From a virus (Duplodnaviria > Caudoviricetes): 61,095 nt of DNA. The stretch lies in IMG/VR virus record IMGVR_UViG_3300048881_000441, positions 1 through 61,095 of that record. The stretch is one strand, 5' to 3'. Below are positions 16,157-24,076 of the stretch, piece after piece. How positions within the stretch are numbered: position 1 is the stretch's first letter; every line of letters begins with the position of its first letter. The translations under genes and the position numbers were made by a program. The notes below the pieces were generated by a model. The model worked only from the letters and a program-made list of their open reading frames with translations. It had not been told where the DNA came from and ran no database searches.

Positions 16157-16999
16157 CTAATTTAGAAAAGGTTGTATTTTTTTCATATATTTTTTAGAAT
16201 TTTTCTCAGCATACTTTTCTGCTTGCTTTTCAAATGGATTGTCCCAGTAGAAATCCTTACCCTTATCAACCATATTTTGTCCTGCTATAGTATAAGTCTC
16301 TTCATAGCCATCAGCACCTAATTTTTTTCTCATTAATGCATGATCACATTCATGCAAAATAGATTCTACAAAATCTTCTATAGAATCCTGTTGTGGATTA
16401 ATTGTTATTGTATCAGAAATCCACTCATAATCTGCCTTATTGTTTGATCGATCTATTTCTACTTTAGATTTTAATCCATGCATTTTAATTATTGCCTTTG
16501 TTACATCTATCATAACACCTTTTTTCATTTTAAAACCCTCTGTAATAAATGACTCTTTATAGTCTTTAATTTTAACCGGCATATTAAATCCAAGTGCAAT
16601 ACCCATCATCATTCTACTATTACCTGACATTAGATACATATCACTATTTTTATCACGTATCACTAGCGCAGGCGGTAGATTTTTACGATTAACAAAACCA
16701 TCTAGCAATCGTTTCCAATCTCTCCCGTAATGTTTCATTAACTTAATACATGCAGATAATCTTAATCCCTTAGAGCTATAACCTAATATCTCACCAATAT
16801 CAGTATTTTTTATTTTTACTAATTCATTAGCAGATAATATTTCAACTTTTGAATCCTTAATAAAAGATGTTATATCTTCTTCATTGGAAAATAATTTTGG
16901 TGCTGCTTCTAAAGTGCGGTCGTTATCAAAGTACTCATCATGTTCTGAATCAATCTCTTCATCAGAATATTCTCTGTAATACTTGTAATTACTTAGCAC
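16157..16999 (-). CDS. Two-domain protein: ParB/Srx-like domain + zincin HExxH domain
   Basis: LPPALVIRD...YLMSGNSRM (ParB-N-like); ILHECDH...NPFEKQA (HExxH plus downstream E); joined by ESFITE. Confidence 0.65.
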   Translation of the reverse strand: MLSNYKYYREYSDEEIDSEHDEYFDNDRTLEAAPKLFSNEEDITSFIKDSKVEILSANELVKIKNTDIGEILGYSSKGLRLSACIKLMKHYGRDWKRLLDGFVNRKNLPPALVIRDKNSDMYLMSGNSRMMMGIALGFNMPVKIKDYKESFITEGFKMKKGVMIDVTKAIIKMHGLKSKVEIDRSNNKADYEWISDTITINPQQDSIEDFVESILHECDHALMRKKLGADGYEETYTIAGQNMVDKGKDFYWDNPFEKQAEKYAEKNSKKYMKKIQPFLN

Positions 17000-17180
17000 C
17001 TTTAAATTTGCTAAAGAAGCCTTTTTTCTTCTTTTTGCCTTTTTTAATCTTCTTCTTCTTACTTTTTTTCTTTTTCTTTATTTCTTCCATTCCAGCTTTA
17101 TCGCTATACTCCATAGCGGGTGCTGGTGTAACAGATAGAAATATAAAAGCAGAGAGTAGTACTTTAAGTAGATTTTTCAT
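16989..17180 (-). CDS. Signal-peptide-bearing lysine-rich peptide
   Basis: Hydrophobic N-terminus ending PAPA, then a poly-Lys tract; RBS AAGGAG. Confidence 0.7.
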   Translation of the reverse strand: MKNLLKVLLSAFIFLSVTPAPAMEYSDKAGMEEIKKKKKSKKKKIKKGKKKKKGFFSKFKGAK

Positions 17181-17395
17181 TATAGTATCTCCTTCATTTT
17201 CTTATCAATGGCACCTATTATGCCACTAAAATCTTTATATGCTTTTTTAATTACCCCAGGTTTCTGTTTTTTGATACCTTGAAGTAGTCGTTTAAAATTT
17301 GTAACCATGTTGCTTCCATATATTTGTAATAATACATAAGCACGCTCGTCATCATCCATTTCGCGAAGCTTTTGTATTGCTTCAGATCTTTTCAT
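17180..17395 (-). CDS. Hypothetical protein
   Basis: Coupled to both neighbours by stop/start overlaps. Confidence 0.7.
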   Translation of the reverse strand: MKRSEAIQKLREMDDDERAYVLLQIYGSNMVTNFKRLLQGIKKQKPGVIKKAYKDFSGIIGAIDKKMKEIL

Positions 17396-18051
17396 TATCT
17401 ATCTTTATAATAATCTTCGAAATCTTTTAAGGCACTCCGCATATCAAACTTTTGTGTTTGTGTATTGATATTCTTTTTAATTGCATAAAGAAAAGCAACA
17501 CGCAAACCTGGAGCATTAAAACTGGACATCATGCGATTAATATTATCAACAGCATTTGAAACTCCCTCAATAGTATTTCTTAATGGCTTTCTAAGTTTTT
17601 TAGCTGTCTTCATATCAGCATCAGCAACACCATCTTCCTCTTCCATTCTCAAAATGTTCCTTTTAAGCTCAGCTTTAATGCGATCCCGTATTGCAGATCT
17701 AAATTTACTTTCCTTCATTTTAATTTCCTCTGTCATGCCAATTAAACGATATTTTTCAAGAGTGCTCACCACTTCGTCATCAGTTATTGATAAGTCTTGT
17801 GATAATGATTGAATAATCTCATAACCTCTAGCACCTGCCTTTTTAGCACGTTTTATCATGCCCTTTAGTTGTGATTTTGATAATTTGATCCCGGGCTTAG
17901 GAAGCGCTTCATCTACAGATTCATTTGCTTTTTTTATTAATTTTGCAATTTTAAGAAGTGTTTCTTTATCTTTTTTAGAGATCATATCAAGTTGTCGATC
18001 TTTTGCAATTGTTTGTAATGCTTTTTCGTATGCTGCTGTAGATTCTAACAT
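17395..18051 (-). CDS. Modular putative head-internal protein
   Basis: ANESVDE linker; Lys/Glu-rich helical modules. Confidence 0.6.
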   Translation of the reverse strand: MLESTAAYEKALQTIAKDRQLDMISKKDKETLLKIAKLIKKANESVDEALPKPGIKLSKSQLKGMIKRAKKAGARGYEIIQSLSQDLSITDDEVVSTLEKYRLIGMTEEIKMKESKFRSAIRDRIKAELKRNILRMEEEDGVADADMKTAKKLRKPLRNTIEGVSNAVDNINRMMSSFNAPGLRVAFLYAIKKNINTQTQKFDMRSALKDFEDYYKDR

Positions 18052-18053
18052 TA

Positions 18054-18473
18054 TTATCTCACCTTCTTTAATAATTTGTCTACTGCCATAAGCAGCTTCT
18101 TTGACATTTTAGGATTCTCAAAAGCATCATCAGCTTCATTAGAATAGACAGCATCTATTAAATAATTTACATCTTGCTTTGCGTGATTTAAATGACTTAT
18201 GAGAGGTGAAGCAACTTCTTTTACAGATTCATTTGCAGCTTGAAGTGCTGCTTTTACTTTAGGATCATTAGATAAACCTTTTTTAATTTTATCAATAAGC
18301 TTGACGGCTTTTGTCATATTACCAGCGTGTTTCTCAGCCAGTCCAATTGCATACTTAATCATATTTTTAGAAAAGCCTTCATTAGTTACAAAAGCTTTAG
18401 CAGGATGATAATCAGAGATATGACCCTTCTGTTTTTTACTATACAAATGCGTATAAAATTCTTTTAATATCAT
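18054..18473 (-). CDS. Modular putative head-internal protein
   Basis: MILKEF start; VTNE and ANESVKE linkers. Confidence 0.6.
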   Translation of the reverse strand: MILKEFYTHLYSKKQKGHISDYHPAKAFVTNEGFSKNMIKYAIGLAEKHAGNMTKAVKLIDKIKKGLSNDPKVKAALQAANESVKEVASPLISHLNHAKQDVNYLIDAVYSNEADDAFENPKMSKKLLMAVDKLLKKVR

Positions 18474-19006
18474 GACTTTAATTTTTCATATTTTTTAAAT
18501 TTTGTTAAAACTTCAAGTGGCTTTTTCCACATGTGGATGAATCCATTGAACGTACCCTGACCTACATCTTTTCTAATTGCCAGAGCCCAAGCTTTTTTAT
18601 TTTTATCAGGAATAGGCTTTATTTTCTTTATCTCTTTTACAAAAGTTTGATAAGAATCTATAAAAGCGCCAAGATTAAGATCAGCTTCACCGTGTTCCTC
18701 TCCACCAAAATCCTTGTAAGGATCTAATTCTTCTTTGCGTAATTTGGATTTAAATTTTACTATGTCTCTGACTAAGTATCTCATTCCATAATGTTTTCTT
18801 TCACCGGGGCTTAATCTTTTATTGCTTCGTTTGGCCTGATTTTTAGCTTCATCTTCTGAATCGAATGAATATCTTATTGGCAAACCATCTACAGCCCATC
18901 CTCTTCCACGCGAACCAATGCTACCACCCTTCAATACTACAGCCCATTGTTTTTTTATATCGGGCTCATTTTGATATTCTGTTAATAAATCTTTTAATTT
19001 GATCAT
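18470..19006 (-). CDS. Putative head-internal protein (start revised to MIKLKDLLTE)
   Basis: ATG at 19006 lies just after the upstream stop, has GGAG upstream and gives the shared MIKLKD N-terminus. Confidence 0.65.
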   Translation of the reverse strand: MIKLKDLLTEYQNEPDIKKQWAVVLKGGSIGSRGRGWAVDGLPIRYSFDSEDEAKNQAKRSNKRLSPGERKHYGMRYLVRDIVKFKSKLRKEELDPYKDFGGEEHGEADLNLGAFIDSYQTFVKEIKKIKPIPDKNKKAWALAIRKDVGQGTFNGFIHMWKKPLEVLTKFKKYEKLKS

Positions 19007-19008
19007 AT

Positions 19009-19581
19009 CTAGCTCCAGTGTCTCATAATCCACGCATGAATTTCTTTTGCTTCTTTATCAGACAATGCTCTAAATACTTCTTCCAATACTTTTTTCTCAG
19101 ATCCAAGTTGATCAATAAGTTCATCCATCCAACCTAATCTTTTATTTACGCCTTCTTTTATGGTGCCTTCTATGGCTTGACCAGATTTTATTTTATTTAC
19201 CATTGATACTATTTTTCCTGGTTCAATATCTAATGCATCTATTATACCGGCTAAAACTGCCATTTTTCTTTTACGATTTAGGCCTGTTTGCTCTAAGGCA
19301 TCGACAAACTTTTCCATAAATCTCTTTACATTTCCAGGTAACGAAGTTCCACCTTCATTTACGGATTCGGATTTCCATCCTTTTTTATCTGCCATTTTTT
19401 GCAGCTTAATCCAAGAATCACGAAACTGACCTTTCATTTTACTCCATTGGGTTGGATCGGTTTTCTCTATGTATTTAAAAAATCTCCACACACCTTCCCA
19501 ATTAGGTTCTACATTAATAGTTCTAGCTTCATTTAGCTTCTTTATGATAATGTGTTTTGCTCTTTTAAAAGTATTATTCAC
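19009..19581 (-). CDS. Modular putative head-internal protein
   Basis: KLNE, SESVNE and EGTIKE linkers separate ~50-67 aa modules. Confidence 0.6.
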   Translation of the reverse strand: MNNTFKRAKHIIIKKLNEARTINVEPNWEGVWRFFKYIEKTDPTQWSKMKGQFRDSWIKLQKMADKKGWKSESVNEGGTSLPGNVKRFMEKFVDALEQTGLNRKRKMAVLAGIIDALDIEPGKIVSMVNKIKSGQAIEGTIKEGVNKRLGWMDELIDQLGSEKKVLEEVFRALSDKEAKEIHAWIMRHWS

Positions 19582-19594
19582 TATATAATCTCAA

Positions 19595-19867
19595 TTAAGT
19601 TACGTTTAACTTTTGAATTTCTTCTTTAGCTATACCCTTAATAATGCCTCTAAGCTTATTGAGTTTTGACTCCTTAGCATCATCACCTTTATAATTCTTT
19701 TCTATATAATTAAAAAATTCTTTTTTCTTATCAGTGTCAAGTTCAGCAGGAGACTTTGCATCAAACTTAGCTAATGCGTCTTTAAAGAATTTTTGATATT
19801 CCTCTGCACCACCCTCTGCGATGTTAGTAACAATATGCTTTATGATTGCTTCGTTATAATAGGACAT
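19595..19867 (-). CDS. Putative head/prohead core-associated protein
   Basis: YQKFFKDALAKFDAKSPAELDTDKKKEFFNYIEKNY resembles (from recall) a segment of T4-like phage head-region proteins; own ATATTTAT motif and GGAG RBS. Confidence 0.5.
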   Translation of the reverse strand: MSYYNEAIIKHIVTNIAEGGAEEYQKFFKDALAKFDAKSPAELDTDKKKEFFNYIEKNYKGDDAKESKLNKLRGIIKGIAKEEIQKLNVT

Positions 19868-19887
19868 ACTATAATCTCCATTTTCTT

Positions 19888-19895
19888 ATAAATAT
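19888..19895 (-). promoter_or_regulatory. Putative late promoter motif ATATTTAT
   Basis: ~21 nt upstream of ATG 19867. Confidence 0.6.
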
Positions 19896-19916
19896 CACGA
19901 TATTAAAAATATATGC

Positions 19917-20243
19917 TTAATCATCAGCGTGTTCTAACAATTTCGTATCATCTTCTGCATTATTGAACCAAAAATCAATTACCTTAGCAAATGAACCAAC
20001 AAATCCACCTAACATCAATAATAAAATTTCTTTCCAGCCACCCTGTACATCAACTCCATTGCTCATAAAATAAATCATAAGTGCAAGAATAACTGCAAAT
20101 AAAGCGACAACAACAATACTAATATACCATTTTCTTGCTTGCCTAAATTTAATAATCCCAAGCAAATCTAAATTAATTTCGTGTTTCCTGTCCTCATGTG
20201 AAGATCCTTCTTTCATCTTTGATACTACTTTATCTATAGCCAT
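19917..20243 (-). CDS. Two-TM holin-like membrane protein
   Basis: Two hydrophobic helices; ILLLMLGGFVGSFAKVIDFWF followed by a charged tail. Confidence 0.55.
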   Translation of the reverse strand: MAIDKVVSKMKEGSSHEDRKHEINLDLLGIIKFRQARKWYISIVVVALFAVILALMIYFMSNGVDVQGGWKEILLLMLGGFVGSFAKVIDFWFNNAEDDTKLLEHADD

Positions 20244-20521
20244 TATTTGTCTCCTACGTAATCACTATCATATACATAACCAAACCAGCCACCGTAACCT
20301 CTATCAACATCGCGGGTCAAATCTTCCCAATCCTTAAACGTATTATAGAGTGACGGCTCACTTGAACTTGGATTATGTGTTTTCTTAAACATTGCATTTA
20401 ATTTTTTCATCCTCTTGACAACATCATCGGCCATCGCTTCCATTTTTTTGACATCACTTTTTTTCGCAACATCTTCTGTCAATGGCTTAATGTTTCCTGA
20501 TAAAAAGGTTTTTAATTTCAT
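20243..20521 (-). CDS. Putative head-internal protein
   Basis: MKLKTFL...PLTE N-terminal motif. Confidence 0.55.
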   Translation of the reverse strand: MKLKTFLSGNIKPLTEDVAKKSDVKKMEAMADDVVKRMKKLNAMFKKTHNPSSSEPSLYNTFKDWEDLTRDVDRGYGGWFGYVYDSDYVGDK

Positions 20522-21456
20522 TTCAATTCTCTCTCGGCATATGGAATTGCGCTGGGTTGCCAGATATAATCTTTACCATCTTTCCAACCAATCATCTCTC
20601 CGGACATACCATTAATAATATCGTATTTTGGTGTCTTGCCGGCCAGTATCTCTTTCATACTTTTTGCTATAGCTGCTTTAAGTTCTTTTTTTGTTTTAGC
20701 GTGGACTTCATTACCGCGTACTATATCTTCATTTATGGATTCATAATATCGTGGTACTCCAATCATATCATACATAATACCCGCTATATCATAAAGACCC
20801 TTTATCAATTTAATAGTTTCTTTAGCATCTTCTTTTTTTGCTGCTATTTGTAATTTTTTTACTACCTTATCCAAATGTTTCAATCCTTCTGATATTTTTT
20901 TAAATCCCGCATCGTTTAAATCTCCGAATGCTTCATTTACGGATTCTTCTGTAACAAGACTAATCATTTTTTTAATTGGAAGTTTTTCAAGTTTCTTTCG
21001 ATTAGATACACTTGAATTTCCATAGTCTAAAATTGCTCTAGCAGTTTGAGGATTTATTTTTACTCCATCCATATTTTTAGCTCCTGACCTTGAAACACTT
21101 ATTAAAAATGTTTTCAATTGTCCCCAAGAAATAGCTTCATTTACGGATTCTGCCCACGGAGCATTTCTAATTATTGCTTTCATCCACTCTATTATCTTAC
21201 TTTGTTTATCAAGTCGCCCAATATTCACAGATTTATTGCCAGCGTGATAAAATACACTGCCATACTTGTCAACACTCATTGAGAGCGTTGCATTTTTAGT
21301 TTTAAATTCTCCGGACCAAATTTCATTATGACCTTTTTTAGTAGCCTTGAAACTCTTTACTCGTAAGCCAGCTTTTTTCCACATCTGCATAAGCCCAGCA
21401 TTAATTTTTAAATCCTGATTTGGAGTTAATTCTTTGGCTTCTTTTGTATTATTCAT
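20518..21456 (-). CDS. Four-module putative polyprotein (107/68/68/69 aa) with ES(V/I)NE linkers
   Basis: Linkers end at residues 107, 175 and 243; modules show no mutual similarity. Confidence 0.65.
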   Translation of the reverse strand: MNNTKEAKELTPNQDLKINAGLMQMWKKAGLRVKSFKATKKGHNEIWSGEFKTKNATLSMSVDKYGSVFYHAGNKSVNIGRLDKQSKIIEWMKAIIRNAPWAESVNEAISWGQLKTFLISVSRSGAKNMDGVKINPQTARAILDYGNSSVSNRKKLEKLPIKKMISLVTEESVNEAFGDLNDAGFKKISEGLKHLDKVVKKLQIAAKKEDAKETIKLIKGLYDIAGIMYDMIGVPRYYESINEDIVRGNEVHAKTKKELKAAIAKSMKEILAGKTPKYDIINGMSGEMIGWKDGKDYIWQPSAIPYAERELK

Positions 21457-21878
21457 TTTAATTTTATGCCTGCTTTTTTAAGATGTGAGTGTATTCCTAA
21501 CATCCAACTTCTAAATACAGCATCCATATCGGCTTTGCCATCATACTTATTCATAATTTTGAATATATCATTATTAACTTTATTTAAAGCCCTAAACATA
21601 TCATTGTCAGGACTCTCTTCTATTGTTTCATCTAAAGCTGCATTACTCTGGTGCCCTTTATTCCAGCTACTCATTAATCCTATAAACGGAATAACTTGTT
21701 TTTTAAAATTCTTTAAAATTATTTTTTCATCTACTTTTTCACCGCTTATCTCAGTAGCAGACTTAGCTACATCCATCGTTGCATTTGCAAACTTTTTATA
21801 CTCACCATAAAACTTCTCGTAAGCTTCGCTATAATCTCTTTTTTTACCTTCTTTCATTATATCTTTTAATTTTATCAT
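21453..21878 (-). CDS. Putative head-internal protein
   Basis: MIKLKDIMKE N-terminus; LDETIEE linker. Confidence 0.6.
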   Translation of the reverse strand: MIKLKDIMKEGKKRDYSEAYEKFYGEYKKFANATMDVAKSATEISGEKVDEKIILKNFKKQVIPFIGLMSSWNKGHQSNAALDETIEESPDNDMFRALNKVNNDIFKIMNKYDGKADMDAVFRSWMLGIHSHLKKAGIKLK

Positions 21879-22300
21879 CTCGCTACCTGTTTTACTTTTT
21901 CAATTGAACGACCAGCAAAATAAGCTGCATATACAGTCATTAATAAAGTTTGATATACAGGTACATATGCTGCACCTATTGTGAAAGCTTCCCCACCTAT
22001 TTGTAGGTTACCATCAAAAATACTTAATACAGTAAACACAGCAGTCAAGAAAATTAATGTTAGCGGCCTGATATTTTTACTCAGCCAACTTCCGTGTTTC
22101 ATATCAGCTTCCCATCTTGCAGATACTTGAGCTTGAGCAGCTTGTTCTGCTTCAGCTAATATTTTTGTAATTCTTTCTTTAGCTTCTGCTTTTTCTTCAC
22201 CTGAAGTATGTAAATTATCAATAATTCCACCCACGTCTTTTAAAGTATCTCCTCCCAATAAACTTCCGGCAGCGCTAGTTAATGTACTTAGTAATCCCAT
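21875..22300 (-). CDS. GTA-type 3TM holin-like protein
   Basis: LHTSGEEKAEAK...VSARWEADM...SWLSKNIRPL, TM helices and YFAGRSIEK match my recollection of the GTA_holin_3TM family. Confidence 0.75.
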   Translation of the reverse strand: MGLLSTLTSAAGSLLGGDTLKDVGGIIDNLHTSGEEKAEAKERITKILAEAEQAAQAQVSARWEADMKHGSWLSKNIRPLTLIFLTAVFTVLSIFDGNLQIGGEAFTIGAAYVPVYQTLLMTVYAAYFAGRSIEKVKQVAR

Positions 22301-22311
22301 AACTTATCTCC

Positions 22312-22647
22312 TTAATACTCAAAACCAAAGGGTTCAGAATTGCTTCCACCCTTTATTGCATACCACACATCTTTAATTCTGTAGTACCAAAATTTATCTG
22401 TTTCTAAAATCCAAAACTCACCCTTGGGTGTATTGAACGATTTATTGGGTCCAAATTTAACTGTCATTGGTGCACCATCATCCCACATCTTTTTAGTTAT
22501 TTGTCCCTTGACATTTGAACCATCACCTGTAGCTTTATAAATACGTGACCCAGGATAATCTCCTTTCAAGCTTTCTAACCCTTCTGGCACGCCCTCTTTT
22601 AATACTGACTCAGCTAGCATGCCTATATTATCTCTTAGCTTAATCAT
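22312..22647 (-). CDS. Putative head-internal protein
   Basis: MIKLRD...AESVLKE N-terminus. Confidence 0.6.
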   Translation of the reverse strand: MIKLRDNIGMLAESVLKEGVPEGLESLKGDYPGSRIYKATGDGSNVKGQITKKMWDDGAPMTVKFGPNKSFNTPKGEFWILETDKFWYYRIKDVWYAIKGGSNSEPFGFEY

Positions 22648-22648
22648 C

Positions 22649-22936
22649 TTATTTAGGATTCTGCACGGGGTCTGGATAGAATCTGTCCAATTCGTCCCAC
22701 CATTCTTTAAAAGCTTTTAGTGCGTTCCTATCACCGTGTTGTTTAATTGCCATGTGTGCCCCTTGTAGTGCATCATGTAACTTATCATAAGCCTTATCTA
22801 AGTCTGAGGCTTCGTTTATTTCACCTTCTTTTAATTTTTTATAATCATTAAGGGTTGGCAATTTATCACCAAACTTTCTATTTCCCCAATATTTTGTAGT
22901 GAATGATTCTTTAAGTAAATCTTTCAATTTTATCAT
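22649..22936 (-). CDS. Putative head-internal protein
   Basis: MIKLKDLLKE N-terminus; EGEINE linker. Confidence 0.6.
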   Translation of the reverse strand: MIKLKDLLKESFTTKYWGNRKFGDKLPTLNDYKKLKEGEINEASDLDKAYDKLHDALQGAHMAIKQHGDRNALKAFKEWWDELDRFYPDPVQNPK

Positions 22937-23307
22937 TAGAATACGTCTCCTGCTATACCTGCATCAATTGCTTTTTTAATATCTTTTGGTGTTATATCGA
23001 TCATACCGTCCATATCTGCTTTCCAAATATCTGCCTTATCACCGTTAATAAATAACGCAATAGAAGGAAAATTTCTCAATCTTAATTTTTTACAAATCTT
23101 TTTAGTATTTTCAGACATAGCTTTTATTATAATTGCTTCTTCATGACCGGAAACACTTTCAACATACTCCATGCCATCGCTTTCTGCCCATTTAGATGTA
23201 AATACAACTATAACCACACCATCACTAATTTTTTCTTTAAAACTCTTATCATTAACCTGCCCAAATAAGACACCTAACAATAATAGAGGCAAAATTATCT
23301 TTTTCAT
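22936..23307 (-). CDS. Exported thioredoxin-fold protein lacking CxxC
   Basis: Signal peptide; VNDKSFKEKI..GVVIVVFTSKW, ...LRLRNFPSIALFING (cis-Pro loop); WAESD replaces WCxxC. Confidence 0.75.
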   Translation of the reverse strand: MKKIILPLLLLGVLFGQVNDKSFKEKISDGVVIVVFTSKWAESDGMEYVESVSGHEEAIIIKAMSENTKKICKKLRLRNFPSIALFINGDKADIWKADMDGMIDITPKDIKKAIDAGIAGDVF

Positions 23308-23316
23308 AACTAACTC

Positions 23317-23913
23317 CTATTTGTCCTTTTTACTTTTTTCAATCGAACGAATTTCTTTAGACATCTCTTTAATGGTTTCTTTCATTTCATCTATTGCATC
23401 ATACGCATCATCCATATCTTCTTGCAAAGAACCGACCTGATCTTTATATTGTTCAAAAGAACGCGGCCAGTTATATCCCTCTGGTCGTGATGGATATTCT
23501 TGTTGATATAAACTTTCTAAACTTGGCAGTTCTTTTGCTTCTTGTATTTCTGCTTGTAATGCATACCACATTCCAATCAATGAAGCAAGACCAGTACCAG
23601 CTGCTACCATAGTTTGAACTGATAGTGTGAATTTAGTATCCAATATTTTATCTTCGCTTAATTCAATTGGTTCTTTTGGGCCTTCTATTTTTTCAACAAT
23701 TGCATCATGATGTACTTCGTGACCATTCTCTTCAGTGCTTCTCATTATAACTTCTGTTATATCATCAATTGTACAAAACTGTTTAGCTACAAGTATCTCT
23801 CCAAGTGTTCGTTTATCCCCCTTGATTTGATCTTGTAGGGCTACATTCAATTGTCTCTTTGTGATTATGTCTTCATCACAAAGCATTTTTCCTATTTTGA
23901 TATCACCGTTCAA
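23317..23913 (-). CDS. MshEN-like domain + TM helix + coiled coil
   Basis: KIGKMLCDEDIITKRQLNVALQDQ and TLGEILVAKQFCTIDDITEVI follow RLGxxLLxxGLLxxxxLxxxLxxQ; TTG start with GGAG RBS. Confidence 0.7.
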   Translation of the reverse strand: MNGDIKIGKMLCDEDIITKRQLNVALQDQIKGDKRTLGEILVAKQFCTIDDITEVIMRSTEENGHEVHHDAIVEKIEGPKEPIELSEDKILDTKFTLSVQTMVAAGTGLASLIGMWYALQAEIQEAKELPSLESLYQQEYPSRPEGYNWPRSFEQYKDQVGSLQEDMDDAYDAIDEMKETIKEMSKEIRSIEKSKKDK

Positions 23914-24062
23914 CGTTTACTCCCGTAAAAATTATTAGTTATATTATTACCTTTTTTTGCTAACCACTTTTTATGTTGTATAGCAGTTCTACCTTCTTCT
24001 GACCACTTCTTATTTAATGCAGCCCGTTTTCGTTTTCTGTCTTTTGCTGCTTTACTGGGCAT
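23910..24062 (-). CDS. Small basic protein, 50 aa
   Basis: MPSKAAKDRKRKRAALNKKWSEEGRTAIQHKKWLAKKGNNITNNFYGSKR*; AAGGA RBS; TGA overlaps the next TTG start. Confidence 0.7.
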   Translation of the reverse strand: MPSKAAKDRKRKRAALNKKWSEEGRTAIQHKKWLAKKGNNITNNFYGSKR

Positions 24063-24076
24063 TAATATTTCCTTTC

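Larger units (their letters stand above)
17907..21151 (-). repeat. Dispersed 16-nt repeat GAATC(C/T)(G/A)TA.A.GAAG encoding ES(V/I)xE
   Basis: Exact GAATCCGTAAATGAAG at 19353, 20931, 21135; variants at 20727 (ESINE), 18215 (ESVKE), 17907 (ESVDE). Confidence 0.85.

Noticed and set aside
19353-21151. CRISPR array
   Set aside because: Repeats are 16-18 nt, non-palindromic, spaced 204 nt or more and in coding frame; no cas genes.
22936-23307. Active thioredoxin
   Set aside because: No CxxC; only one Cys, away from the active-site position.
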